NCBI GenBank assembly: GCA_951406725.2 | Contig: OX597828.1 | Span: forward strand, 43,586,001-43,650,000 | DNA from: Octopus vulgaris | Taxonomy: Eukaryota | DNA: 64,000 nt | Reading direction: 5' to 3' | Shown here: one piece after another, positions 40,800 through 54,167 of the stretch | Layout of the letters: every line of letters starts with the position of its first letter | Position numbering within the stretch: position 1 is the first letter of the stretch | Notes under the pieces: generated by a model | What the model saw: only the letters and a program-made list of their open reading frames with translations | The model's database searches: none | What the model was told of the DNA's origin: nothing | Translations under genes and position numbers: made by a program

Positions 40800-41330
40800 T
40801 TATATTAATGGCATTACTTCACGTAAATGCCTCACGATATGAGGAACAATTAAAATCAAAGCTACCATAATAATTATGAAATCATATGATTTGCGGTTGA
40901 ATTAGTTTTTAAGAGCTCGCTTCTAGAGTTGCATTCCATCACGTTCGGTACACTGTATTTATTATGGTAGTTTTGACTTTTAGAGTCCCTCATAGCTTGA
41001 GGCATTTACGTGTAATAATGCCCTTAATATAGATAAATATATCTAAAGGGAATAATTATAAATTTTTCTCTTATGAGGTTTTTCACGCTGAATATTTGAT
41101 AAATTCTTATAAAGATTTTATCCTATTTTAAAATTTTATACATATCTGTCTATACATGTATATGTTTGTGTGTCTTTGATTGCCTCCCCACCATCGCTTG
41201 ACAACCGATGTTGGTGCGTTTATCTAGTAATTCGGTAAAAGGCTTACAAGAAAATAAGTCCTCGGGTCGATCTGTTTGACTAAAGTCGGTGCTCCAGCAT
41301 GGCCGCAGTCAACTGCCTGAAACAAATAAA
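40587..41330 (+). mobile_element. SINE family A split by an insertion in its internal microsatellite
   Basis: Head at 40587-40747 and tail at 41165-41330 flank an unrelated foldback insert. Confidence 0.75.
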
Positions 41331-41804
41331 AAATAAAAAATATGTTCGAGTCTGAAGTGTTTTATGAAAAAATAAGCATTGTTGGCATTGAGCAACTAAA
41401 TTGTATGGTGGATTAAACCATCACATTTTCTGTATTTCGATGATTATTTATTGTCCATGTAAATTTCGGATCTACAATGTTCGCGCATAAGACATGGCCA
41501 TATGAAAGGTCAAGATGGTATTAAACACCATTAGTAATTTGCTGACATGCAAGGAGATTACATCGTTTCTCTGAAACATTTAAAATTAAATTGTTTGTTT
41601 TAAACATTTCAGAAGGCGGTTGGGCTGCTTATGTACGTAATTGCGGGTTTTCTTAGGAATTTTGAACGTGAGGATGCACGGGTTACGGGATTATAGGTGA
41701 CATCTAACACACTTATGGATTTATGACTTTGGATATAAGAAAACTATAATTATTAAAGCAAATTTGTAATACTTTCTTAAGACTAATATATATATTATGC
41801 TATA

Positions 41805-41865
<61 letters not shown>

Positions 41866-41888
41866 CATGCATACATACATGCAAACAT

Positions 41889-41923
<35 letters not shown>

Positions 41924-42408
41924 CATATATATGTGTGCACGCATATATATAGATACGCATATATATATATATGAATATTATACTTATATAACCATATATA
42001 AATATATAAACACATGCATTTATAGTTATATGTATTAGGATATTAGGTATGTATATATGTATATATATGTGTGTGTGAATATATATATATATATGAATAT
42101 ATATATATACATGTATACATATATATGTGCGTGCATATATGTATATATATATATGTGTGTGTGTGTGCGTGTGTGTATGTATGTACCCGCGATTCATCTG
42201 TATCTCTAACTTTATCTTTCTACATATATACATACATAAATAGGCACACACACATGCATATATGTGTGTGTGAGTGTCTGTGTGTCTATGGGTATGTATG
42301 TATGTGTTGCTGAGTGTGAGTGATTGAGTGTGTTTTACGCATGCGTGTTCTGGTCAGTGTATGGCTGCACTTCATTGCAGCGTGTTAGTGAGTACGTGCG
42401 TGTATGTG

Positions 42409-42458
<50 letters not shown>

Positions 42459-42489
42459 GATATTGAGTTCGAAAGCTTTCGAATAAGCT

Positions 42490-43072
42490 GAAGAAAAGAA
42501 GTAAAGCAGTCAGCTAGAAATGGAATGGAAGAAGTAGAGAGGGAGTGTGTGTGTGGTGGGGTTGTATAAATCCAGTTTTCTCACAGAATCTCAACTGACC
42601 CCAAGCAAATGTGAGAGAGGTTAGAGAAAGTTTGATGGACCAGGTAAGAAGAATTGACCTCAAGGTACAACACGGCAAATTGGATTTTACTAAAGTATTA
42701 GCGACTAAATGCATTTTGGCTGATAACTGGGGTGTTGCAATTGAATCTAAGTCTGACATCTATGTAGCAGTAGTAGTTGAATCAAGAGGATAGGACCAGT
42801 TGGGTGAGAGAGGGATTTGGAGAGGTAGCAAATAGATTGATTGATGATAAACAGGGATGGAGTGTGCTTGAGTGAGAGGGACGGCGTGTGGGAGGGTGGG
42901 GGAAGTTGGAGAAACAGTAGGTTTGTGAAAGATCGATAGGAATAATAGAGAGAGGAAGATGTTGGGTAATATAGAAGAGATGGTGTTTTATGTCTATGGT
43001 GTAGGAGAAAAGTATAAGTGGTGGATATACATATAGATCGTGCAGGAGAAAGTATGAGGCCCAGGAGACAGT
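42490..43072 (-). mobile_element. Possible highly degraded CR1/Jockey-type RT remnant
   Basis: Mixed-frame minus translation gives LLG-LI..FLLHDL, FSYTID and SDLDSI, loosely like the GP.LFL..NDL / SYADD / SDL..I order. Weak. Confidence 0.3.
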
Positions 43073-43073
43073 A

Positions 43074-43109
<36 letters not shown>

Positions 43110-43226
43110 ACACACACGCATGCACACACACATGCGCATACACACACGCACACGTTTATATAAATGCATTCATCCACATATGCATGCATGTATGTATGTA
43201 TTAATCTCTCTCTCTCTCACTCACTA

Positions 43227-43273
<47 letters not shown>

Positions 43274-43311
43274 ATGTGTATATATTTATATAAATACACA
43301 CATATATGTAT

Positions 43312-43362
<51 letters not shown>

Positions 43363-44411
43363 AATGTACGTATGCCTGAACGTATGCATGTATGTACGTA
43401 TGTGTGTGTATGTATGCATGTATGTACGTATGTGTGTGTGCATGTATGTATCTCTGTATGTATCTAAGTATCTATGTATCTATGTATGTGTGTACATAAT
43501 CGGTCGATGAGAGATAGCAGGTATATTTACTGTATGAACCTCGAAAAAGCGTGCATAAAACGAAAGAGAATAGAGAAAGATAGAATGAGTGAGAGAGAGA
43601 GGTAGGGAAAGAGAGTAAGTGAGAGGGTAGAAGGAGAGAAAGATGAGAAAGAAGAACAAAGAGAAAGGTGAGAATGAAAATATATTTGTAAAGGAATTTA
43701 GAGTGGGCTGCAAAACGTGGATGAAATCACGTAAAGCATTGAAAATAAGGGATCAACACTCTCTCTCTTTCTCTTTTAGATATGTTCCCTTCATTCTCAT
43801 ATTATATTTCTCCCTTACTCTCTGCTACCTGTTTAGATTCTGTGACTGAGAGTGAGGGAGAGGGAGAGGAGAGCGAGAGAAGGGGAGATAATCTGATCAG
43901 TGAGAAGGGACATTGTGAAAATGGACAGAGGACATGGCGTTCAACCAAAAAAGAGAAGGAAATAAAACGAAAGAGAGGAAAATCGATGAATATAGTAAGG
44001 AAATAGAGAGACAAGATTAAATAAAGGAAAAAGAGAAAAAATTAGAGAGAAGGCAGGAAAAGAGAAGTGAAAAGTGACAGTACAAAAGCATAGAAGTTAA
44101 GGCGTGAGAAATATCAAAGGGAGATAATGGAAGAATGGATAAGTCATTGTGTGTATACGTCGGTAATGTAAGGGTTAAAAAATATATGAAAGCGTATATT
44201 ATATGTTGTGCAAATATTATCTGATATAGAATTCGTAAGTCGTTACATAGGGTAGAGTGGTTAGATTTTTTATTTTATCACACTCAAAAACGATATTTTC
44301 GTACTGTATCAACATGGTCAATCCGATAAGCTTGTAGCCTATGTTTGTAATACATGTCGCGATCAGGCAGCAGTGGAGTGAGAAATGTTGATATATATAT
44401 ATATATATATT

Positions 44412-44690
44412 TTCCGACCAGGCTATCAGATGTTGCTACACATCGCTGGTCACAATGCGCTTCGCATTGTTTTAGCCTTCAAATGATGCCACCCCGCTGG
44501 CTAAGCGAGCAGGCCAACAGAAGAAAGAGTGAGAGAAAGTTGTGATGAAAGAGTACAACAGGGATCGCCACCACACCCTGCCGGAGCCAATGGAGCTTTT
44601 AGGTGTTTTCGCTCAATAAACACTCAGAATACCTGGTCTGGGAATCGAAACCGCGAGTCCGCCGCCCTAACCACTGGGCCATTGCGCCTC
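44412..44690 (-). mobile_element. SINE related to family E (same head and body, different tail)
   Basis: A box TGGCCCAGTGG, B box GTTTCGATTCCC; shares gtgagagaaagttgtg..gaaagagt and ctgccggagc..tggagct with 2795-3072. Confidence 0.72.
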
Positions 44691-45748
44691 TTGTATATAT
44701 TTATATACAGGAAACATATCGTAGAAGAAAACAAGGGATTAAGCGGAGCAGAATGACACGCGTGGAGGGAAAGTGTCACGGAAGCGGTCACTAATGTGCG
44801 ACGAAAGGTTTCCGGACAATGGACATACGATAAAATAAGTTTTCTTTGACAAAAGAAAAAAAAAATTATAATTCCGAAACATGACAATATCTGTTTCAAC
44901 ACACGGCCTCACATCAGTAAACTTGCAACATAAATAAGGTCTTTTATAATGGAAGAGTATTAATCCTTAATAACGAAGGTCATAATTATTAGCAGAAAAC
45001 ATTGTTGGCGTTGATTTTAGCTTGCTATGGAGGACAGAGGGGTCAGTCGTTAGCTCAAACCAGCCAGTGAGCCATTCACCTACTTAAGGATGAACATCTT
45101 ATTATTAAATGACAAAAATTGGGTCATGTAATTCATATAAGAATCATAAAGGTCTACTTGAGGCATATGGGATATGGAACTTCCATATGTTTTGCTTCTC
45201 ACCATTTCAATTAACTATTCAGTTAAAAAGTAGTTCCTTCACATTGCTTGTTCATATTTTCTTTTGTTTTGCAGTTTAGAGAGTAGTTTTAAGCGATTTT
45301 CTTCTTCTATTATTCTTCTATAAAACAACAAACAAAAAATTTTTTCCTTATTCTCTATCTGGAACAGTTCAGTTCATGAAGTGTCCATATGTTATATTTT
45401 TTGCTTAGATAATTCCTCATAAAAATTTTTCTTTGTCTTTCCGAAGCTTATATTCTTTACATTGTCCCATTCCTTTTATTCTGCATATTCTTCAAGATTC
45501 GCTGTTGAATTCATTACTCTTTCCATTGTTTCTTGTCGTTCAGGTTCACCATCAATTTGCTCTCCTCACACCTAACAACATAGAAACTTCGCATGGATGA
45601 TGTTCTCAGTTTGTTTTCAAAATGGTCGTTCATATTGCTGATCATTTTCGGTTCATTTCCCAATAAAGTGGATGTGACCAAGATGGCGTCTGTCGTCTGT
45701 TCGCTCCTCGACGTCTCTCTCTCTCACTTTCTTTTCATATATATATAT

Positions 45749-45802
<54 letters not shown>

Positions 45803-45805
45803 ATA

Positions 45806-45883
<78 letters not shown>

Positions 45884-46332
45884 ATATATCTTGTAATTCT
45901 TCCAGTCATTTGACTGCGGCCATACTCGGGCAGCGTATTGGACAGATTATTTAGTCGAATAAAGCGACGATAGTACTTAAATTTTTGAAACTGTGTAATT
46001 ATTCTATCGATACCTTTTGCCGAACTGGTAATTTACGGGAATATAGGCACACGGACACCAATTATCAAGCGGTGGAGGGGAGATAGAGATAGAGAGAGAG
46101 AGACGCCCACACACGAACAAACACACACACATACACACATACACAAACGCACACGCACACACACTCACACACACATACAAGTTTTGCATTTTATTTCCAA
46201 AGGTGTGTCATGTGGAGTGTTGTCGGAAACGGGGTCATCCATGGCATGTGCGCTAAAAAGAAACAAATTGGTTTACATATGTATATGCATATGAATATAC
46301 ATATGCATAGATAAATAAACACACACGCGGAC

Positions 46333-46394
<62 letters not shown>

Positions 46395-46535
46395 TTCGAG
46401 ACAAAACCACTATTTTGCAAATCAAACAAGGAAAGACTTAATCAATACGTAAAAAAATTTACTATAAAATTGGATTTAATCCTAAATCTGATTTTTTTCC
46501 CTGTAATTTTGGATTTATTCCCTAATATTTATTAT

Positions 46536-46590
<55 letters not shown>

Positions 46591-46597
46591 CAGAGAA

Positions 46598-46631
<34 letters not shown>

Positions 46632-46650
46632 TGAGATAGGTAGGTAGATT

Positions 46651-46753
<103 letters not shown>

Positions 46754-46786
46754 GTATTCAAATATATGCATAAATATACTCTTTTA

Positions 46787-47161
46787 CTCTTTTACTTGTT
46801 TCAGTCATTTGACTGTGGTCATGCTGGAGCACCGCCTTTTGTCGAGAAAATCGACCCAGGAATTATTCTTTGTAAGCCTGGTGATTATTCTATCGGTCTC
46901 TTTTGCCGAACTGCTAGGTTACGGGGACGTAAACACACCAGCATCGGTTGTCAAGCGATGTTGGAGGAACAAACACAGACATACAAACATATACAAACAT
47001 ATATATATATATATACAGTTTCGTCTACCAAATCCACTCATAAGGCTTTGGTCGGCCCGAGGCTATAGTAGAAGACACTTGCCCAAGGTGCCACGCAGTG
47101 GGACTGTACACGGCACCATGTGGTTGGTAAGCAAGCTACCTACCACACAGCCACTCCTACG

Positions 47162-47163
<2 letters not shown>
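46787..47163 (-). mobile_element. SINE family A, nearly full length
   Basis: Colinear homolog of 27411-27818. Confidence 0.88.
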
Positions 47164-47215
<52 letters not shown>

Positions 47216-47469
47216 GGGAGAATTCACAAAAAATAAAACCAAAAGACGAAGGCAGGTGTAGGTATAACAAGCAAGTTTGACGCTCGAGGAAAATGGAAAA
47301 GTCTTTACTTTTCGCACCTAGGCTTTTCAACATAAAGAAATATGAAAAAATAAACAGTGGTTTAAAAATAAACAGTGAGGTTGTGAGTTCGAATCCCGGA
47401 CCGGGCTGCGTGTTGTGTTCGGTCAATAATGTCATATGTTAACACATTTATTTGCAAGAAAGTAACTCT

Positions 47470-48015
47470 CCGGTTAAAATTTTTCCGCGTTCATAGGATT
47501 GTGCTCAAGGTGGCTTCGTTATTCATACTTTCACCCATCTTTTTTGGAAACATTCGCTAGACAAAATTTGCCTCTCTACTCTCATTTTCCTTTACAAGTG
47601 ATACTTGAAGAAGTTGATGAGAGATTGACCAGAGAGGAAAGTGTTTGTCTCCAATCCTTTCAGACGGTAGCACTGCCAGGCCAGAGATCTCTGGAAGTTG
47701 TCCATAGGTCCTGGCCCGAAAGTCGTCCTGAACAGGCGGGTCAGGTTTTCCTCGTTGACAACCAGGTTCACCCCGAATTCGTCATCGTACCTCCCCTCCA
47801 CTAATCCCCTATAGAGGGCTTTGGTTGTGTTGAAGTCGCTCAAGGTCGACCCGGAACGGCATAGTTGCTTGAGAGCAACGAGACACTCGCGGTGCCATTC
47901 GCCCTTCCTCGGCGTCATATTGATCCACGACTGCAGTTCGGTCATGGAGACCAGTTGCAGGAAAGCGTACCTCACAAACGGCGATCACACCTGTTCACCG
48001 TCGTCTACGTAGAGC
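47470..48015 (-). mobile_element. L1/Tx1-like LINE ORF2 C-terminal remnant
   Basis: ORF 47592-47975 (TTKALYRGLV, NFQRSLAWQCYR, LINFFKYHL) continues past a stop into RVERQILSSECFQKRW, like L1/Tx1 ORF2 C-termini. The expected CCHC region appears absent. Confidence 0.55.
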
Positions 48016-48039
48016 CGATAAACATATATGTATATATAT

Positions 48040-48084
<45 letters not shown>

Positions 48085-48129
48085 CATATATATATATTTA
48101 TATATATATATATACTAACTCAAAGATAC

Positions 48130-48160
<31 letters not shown>

Positions 48161-48854
48161 TATATATATATGTATATATATATATACATATATAAATATA
48201 TACATGCAGATATATATATGTATGCATATGCACACACAAACATATATAAATATACGTATATACATTATATAGCCATGCCCCATTATGAACACACAATTTT
48301 GGCTGGAGCTCATAAAGTAACATATACACTCATATACAAACACATACACACACACACATACAGACGCAAAAAATTACGAAATTATCGATAAGATTAAATG
48401 GAGATTATGTTATAGAAACTGCTAATCTTAAAACAGCTGATGTAGTACATTCATTACTATATAAACATTTATAATGATATCCAAATATCTCCATACACAT
48501 ATGTGCGTGTGAGCATATATATAAGCATATATATATATATACATACATATATACATATACAAACATATATACATATGTATGTATATATATACATATATAT
48601 AAGTTCATACAAAATATATATATATAGTTGCACGCATTTATTTTTATGTATTCTCATTAGTTAATGAAATAATTAATTAATTAATGATGCACTATAAAGG
48701 TTTTATTGGATAATAATTTTTTAAAATATGGTTTCCCTATATTTTTAATCTGGTTGATAAAACTAATAATTTGCCTTTGTTTACGCTTACTTACACTATA
48801 AGCGTTAAGGTTAAAGGCAAATGGAAATACAGTTCGCTTTATATTTAGTGCACT

Positions 48855-49175
48855 GTATGTATGTACGCGTGTATGCTTGTATGTATGTATGTATGTATGT
48901 ATATATGTATATATGTATGTATGTATGTATGCATGTGTGTATGTATATATGTATGTATGCGTGTATGCTTGTATGTATGTATGTATGTATGTATGTATGT
49001 ATGTGTGTATGTGTGTATGTATGTATGTGTGTATGTATGTGTGTATGTAAATATGTGTGTATGTATGCATGTATGTGTGTATGTATGTATTTATGTAAGT
49101 ATGTGTCTATATATGTATGTGTGTATGTATGTCTATGTATGTATGTGTGTGTATGTATGTATCCATGTATGTATG
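48855..49175. repeat. Degenerate (TATG)n microsatellite
   Basis: Direct reading; source of the spurious 266 aa ORF. Confidence 0.9.
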
Positions 49176-49430
49176 CGTACACTCTCTTGAACTCCCACGG
49201 GCGTGCACACACAAACATAGTCACATACACTCTCATACACATACACTCTCTCTCACACACACACACATATATATACATGTATATATATATATATCTTCAT
49301 ACACACACTTATACATGTTTTCTAATGTGCGCGTGGATAAATGTACGCTGCTTAGTTTGTATATACCGGTGTGCTTCATATACACATTTATGTATACACA
49401 CACGCACACACACACGTTTTATATGTGTAA

Positions 49431-49472
<42 letters not shown>

Positions 49473-50066
49473 ATACACATATATGTTTTATATATATATA
49501 TATATACAAATATTTGTTTTTATATATATATATATATATATATGGATACATATACACGCACATATATTTTAGTCTCTCGGAATATCTTTGGATTACATAC
49601 TCCACGCATACTAATTTGTAATTCCTTCTACAGTTCATACCACAAATCCGCTATTCTCGGTTGACTAGTTAAATTTCTCTTGAAGCCATCAGCATGAAAC
49701 CTTCAGATATGGAATAATTCCGTTACGCATCCAGTCTCCCTTCTAAATGCTTCGACAACTTTTAGCTGATTTGGCGCCTAATACAATATAGACCCCAATA
49801 ATCACCCACTGCACATTATTATACTGTATATATTTTATTCATTGTTTTTCCCAGTTAAGTCGCCATGTTACACAATACGGTTGGTGATGGTAGTGTTGCT
49901 TCTGAAATATTCTCTTAATATTCGGAAATGCAGGGAAATAAATTTTCATTCGTAGATTTAGTGAAATCTAAAAGAGAAAATCGAATATTTATCTAACGTA
50001 GTTTATTCTTTAGCTTAGCGTTTTGTCTGTACATTAAAAGATATCTTTTCATAATATTAATAGTTT

Positions 50067-50642
50067 CAAATTTTGGCACAAGAATAGCTAGTAGGGCTGC
50101 AGGAGTAAGTCGATTAAATCGAAGGCAGTAAGCAACTGGTACGTAGTTTATGGACTTTGAAAGGATCATAGACAAACTCGACATCGGCGTATTTTGTACT
50201 TAGAACGGGAAGACAGACGAAATACCTATTTCCATACTACCCACAAGGGGCTAAACACAGAGAGGACAAACAAGGACAGACAAACGGATTAAGTCAATTA
50301 TATCGACCTCAGTGCGTAAGTGGTACTTATTTAATCGACCTCGAAACGATGACAGGCAAAGTCGACCTCGGCGGAATTTGAACTCAGAACGTAGCAGCAG
50401 ACGAAATACCTATTTCTTTATTACCCACAAGGGGCTATACATTGAGAGGACAAACAAGGACAGACATAGGTATTAAGTCGATTACATCGACCCCAGTGCG
50501 TAGCTGGTACTTAATTTTTCGACCCCGAAAAGTTGAAAGTCAAAGTCGACCATAGTGGAATTTGAACTCAGAACGTAAAAGCAGAAGAAATGCCGCTAAG
50601 AATTTCGCCCGGCGTGCTAGCGTTTCTGCCAGGTTTCCGCCT
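50067..50642 (-). mobile_element. SINE family B trimer
   Basis: Junctions at 50225 and 50409; three different tail variants. Confidence 0.85.
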
Positions 50643-50714
50643 TCGAAAATATTTATTACATAACGTAATGGTAGCAGCCGAACAGCAGAAACAGGAGCAA
50701 AAAGCCATAATGAT

Positions 50715-50782
<68 letters not shown>

Positions 50783-51296
50783 CAGCAGCAGCAGCAGCAG
50801 CAGTAGCAGCACCTTCTCCCCATTAGGAAAATATTTAATACCCACACGTATATTTAACTGACAATTAATTCGAATTTGCATTAATGTAAGAAGTGCGTTT
50901 TGTTTTTAAGTCTGAGCAACTTCATATTTTCAAGCTTCAGTGACTTCGAGATCCCATTAGACAGACGGAATTCGCTAAGTCCCCTCCACAAATCCCTATA
51001 TTTCCGACTTAAGATCATATTTGTTACTCCCCGAGGACTTGACTTCAATTTTATTAATGACTCTTATTTAGTATTTCAGAGTTTTCATTAGTAGCTTTTA
51101 ATTATGGTAATTTGTAATATTCCATCTATTTATTTTATTTCTGTGTTATTTATTGCAGTTATAAATGTTAAAACGTTACGTCTTTTATCAGCCGACAAAA
51201 TTGTGAATGCCAGTCGTGTGGTATGGGCCCAGGATGAGAAAAAAGATTTAAAATTTCGTTTCTGAATAACGACTTCGCGAATACAATCTCACTGCG

Positions 51297-51844
51297 TGTC
51301 ATCACGAGTATTTATCAGCAACCATAGCCTCATGTCTTTACGAGCTCTGTGAGCCGAAATTGTGAAAGCGGAAACTGCGTGGAAGCCCTTAACAAATGAT
51401 GACACCTATAATTGAAAGATCCTTTTGTGTCACCCATTAAATCATGCTTATTCTGTTGGAATAGGCACATGGCTCAGATGTCATCACGAGTATTTATCAG
51501 TAACCATAGCCTCATGTCTTTACGAGCTCTGTGAGCCGAAATTGTGAAAGCGGAAACTGCGTGGAAGCCCTTAACAAATGATGACACCTATAATTGAAAG
51601 ATCCTTTTGTGTCACCCATTAAATCATGCTTATTCTGTTGGAATAGGCACATGGCTCAGATGTCATCACGAGTATTTATCAGTAACCATAGCCTCATGTC
51701 TTCACGAGCTCTGTGAGCCGAAATTGGGAAAGTGGAAACAGCGTGGAAGCCCTTAACAAAGGATGGCACCTATAATTGAAAGATCCTTTTGTGTCACCCA
51801 TTGTATCATGCTTATTCTGTTGGAATAGGTGCGTGGCTCAGATG
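51297..51844 (+). repeat. 182 bp tandem triplication
   Basis: Units start tgtcatcacgag at 51297, 51479 and 51661; units 1 and 2 are nearly identical. Confidence 0.95.
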
Positions 51845-52178
51845 TTAAACCGTCGGACTGACAATTATGAAGCAATGAGTTCGATTCCCGGACCGGCTCT
51901 CTTTTGTCTGATATTCTTGAGCAAGACACATTATTTCATGTGGTCAAGGCGCATGTCTCAGTGGTTAGAGCGTCGGACTGACAATCATAAGGTAATGAGT
52001 TCGATTTCCGCACCGGGTTGTGTGTTGCGTTCTTGAAGAAGACACTTTTTTTCACGTCGTAAAGTTACATAACTCAGTAGTTAGAGCGTGAAGCTCACAA
52101 TCATGAGGTAGTGAGTTCGATTCCCGGACCAGGCTGTGTGTTGTGTTTTGAGCAAGACACTTTATTTCACGTTGTGAA
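51828..52178 (+). repeat. Three tandem SINE-C tRNA-like heads (~115-120 bp each)
   Basis: Heads start at 51828, 51948 and 52063; each has A/B boxes and ends just after tttca(c/t)gt. Confidence 0.85.
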
Positions 52179-52520
52179 GGTGCATGGCTTAGTGGTTAGA
52201 GCGTCAGACTCACAATAATGAGGTAGTGAGGTCGATTCCCAGATTGGACTGTGTTGTGTCCTTGAACAAGACACTTTATTTTCACTTTGCTCCAGTTCAC
52301 CCAACTGTAGAAATGAGTTGCGCCATCACTAGTGCCAAGCTGCATCGGCCTTTGTCTTTCTCTTGGATAACATCAGTGGCAAGGAGAGGAGAGGCTGGGT
52401 ACAGATGGTGTAGACTGCTGGTCTTCCATAAACAAATTTGTCCGATTTGCCTCGGGTGGGGAGACTTTGTAGGTGCAATCCCATGGTCATTCATAGTCGA
52501 AGAGGTTCTTTACCCTTTAT
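52179..52520 (+). mobile_element. tRNA-derived SINE family C, full length
   Basis: A box TGGCTTAGTGG, B box GGTCGATTCCC, core CCTTGAACAAGACACTTT; homolog at 56130-56460(-). Confidence 0.85.
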
Positions 52521-52870
52521 CCTTTTATTCTGTTGGGAGTACAACTGTCCGTGGAATACTCAGCCACGTAAAGTTTAATATTAATGAACAGGTGGTTTAA
52601 TAATAATTAACAGGTGGTTTAATTGATGGAACAATTGAATGCTCATCGTCGAAATCGACGCAAGATCCATTTACTCTTAGTTTTACAAGACAAATATAAT
52701 AAGGGAGACCATAAAATTCAGGAGACCATAACGCTGGTGTATCCAACATTTGAAGCTCCCGGGCAATACAGATTTGTCGACCCCTCAATAAGCCAGGGTT
52801 TTCGATAATTCTTCGGCTGGAGGGTATGTCCTTCGGCTTCCCCTAAAGAATTTCACTAAGCACACACACA

Positions 52871-52903
<33 letters not shown>

Positions 52904-52905
52904 CA

Positions 52906-52937
<32 letters not shown>

Positions 52938-53067
52938 ATGTATGTGTGTGTATGTATGTCTGTGTGTGCGTGTATCTTTGATATTTTACTGGTTTCAGCC
53001 TGAGGTTACGACCATGATGGAGCACGGCTTTTCAGCATGTTATAATTTCTTTTTTGTACTGTTTTTT

Positions 53068-53155
<88 letters not shown>

Positions 53156-53164
53156 ACACGCACG

Positions 53165-53214
<50 letters not shown>

Positions 53215-53523
53215 AACGTACCGAGAAAATTGTAACCTCAGCAATATATCATAAACATGAAAGAAAGAAAAATTTTAATCCCTTCTGTTTCTGAAATCCT
53301 TAACTAGTTGAAATCAAAATGCCACCCACTGTTCAAGACATAAACGTGTCGCCGTTAGCACTGCTCGAAACTTCCCATAGTCATTCCTTAAAACGGGCTG
53401 AAAGGAACCAAGGTTACTTCAAATGTTTATAACGTGAGAGACCTCAGGAAAAAACACACACACCGTGTTTTAAAAAAATGGCATCAAGAGATGGCAGTTC
53501 AGTATGTTATAGGTATTCGGTAG

Positions 53524-54167
53524 GAAAAGGCGGCGAGCTGGCAGAAACGTTAGCACACCGGGCGAAATGCTTAGCGGTATTTCGTCTGGGCTAAACACAG
53601 AGGGGACAAACAAAGACAGACATAGGTATTAAGTCGATTACGTCGACCCCAGTGCGTAACTGGTACTTAATTTATCGACCCCGAAAGGATGAAAGGCAAA
53701 GTCGACCTCGGCGGAATTTGAACTCAGAACGTAACAGTAGACGAAATACCCATTTCTATTTCTTTACTACCCACACGGGGTTAAACACAGAAAGGAGAAA
53801 CAAGGACAGACAAACGGATTAAGTCGATTACATCAAATTCCGCCGAGGTTGACTTTACCTTTCATCCTTTCGGGGTCGATAAATTAAGTACCAGTAACGC
53901 ACTGGGGTCGATGTAATCGACTTAATACTTATGTCTGTCCTTGTTTGTCTCCTCTGTGTTTAGCCCCTTGTGGGTAATAAAGAAATAGGTATTTCGTCTG
54001 CGTTACGTTGTGAGTTGAAATTCCGCCGAGCTCGACTTTGCCTTTCATCCTTTCGGGGTCGATAAATTAAGTACCAGTTACGCACTGCGGTCGATGTAAT
54101 CGACTTAATACCTATGTCTGTCCTTGTTTGTCCCCTCTGTGTTTAGCCCCTTGTCGGTAATAAAGAA
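53524..54167 (+). mobile_element. SINE family B multimer with internal inversion, enclosed by a 15 bp TSD
   Basis: Head(+) 53529-53588, inverted block ~53589-53834, bodies(+) 53835-54170. Direct repeat ataggtattcggtag at 53509-53523 and 54168-54182. Confidence 0.85.

Noticed and set aside
45000-45720. Possible LINE ORF1 or promoter around caagatggcgtc
   Set aside because: Only a short YY1-like motif and stop-riddled purine-rich sequence; not supportable.
48821-49621. 266 aa ORF
   Set aside because: Entirely (TATG)n/(TG)n/(TA)n low-complexity sequence.
49608-49700. Splice acceptor-like tactaat...ttccttctacag
   Set aside because: Frames close quickly and no strong donor follows; a non-coding exon cannot be excluded without RNA data.
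51828-52260. tRNA gene cluster
   Set aside because: A/B boxes run into the SINE core (cttgagcaagacac) and I see no closing acceptor stems; these are SINE heads.
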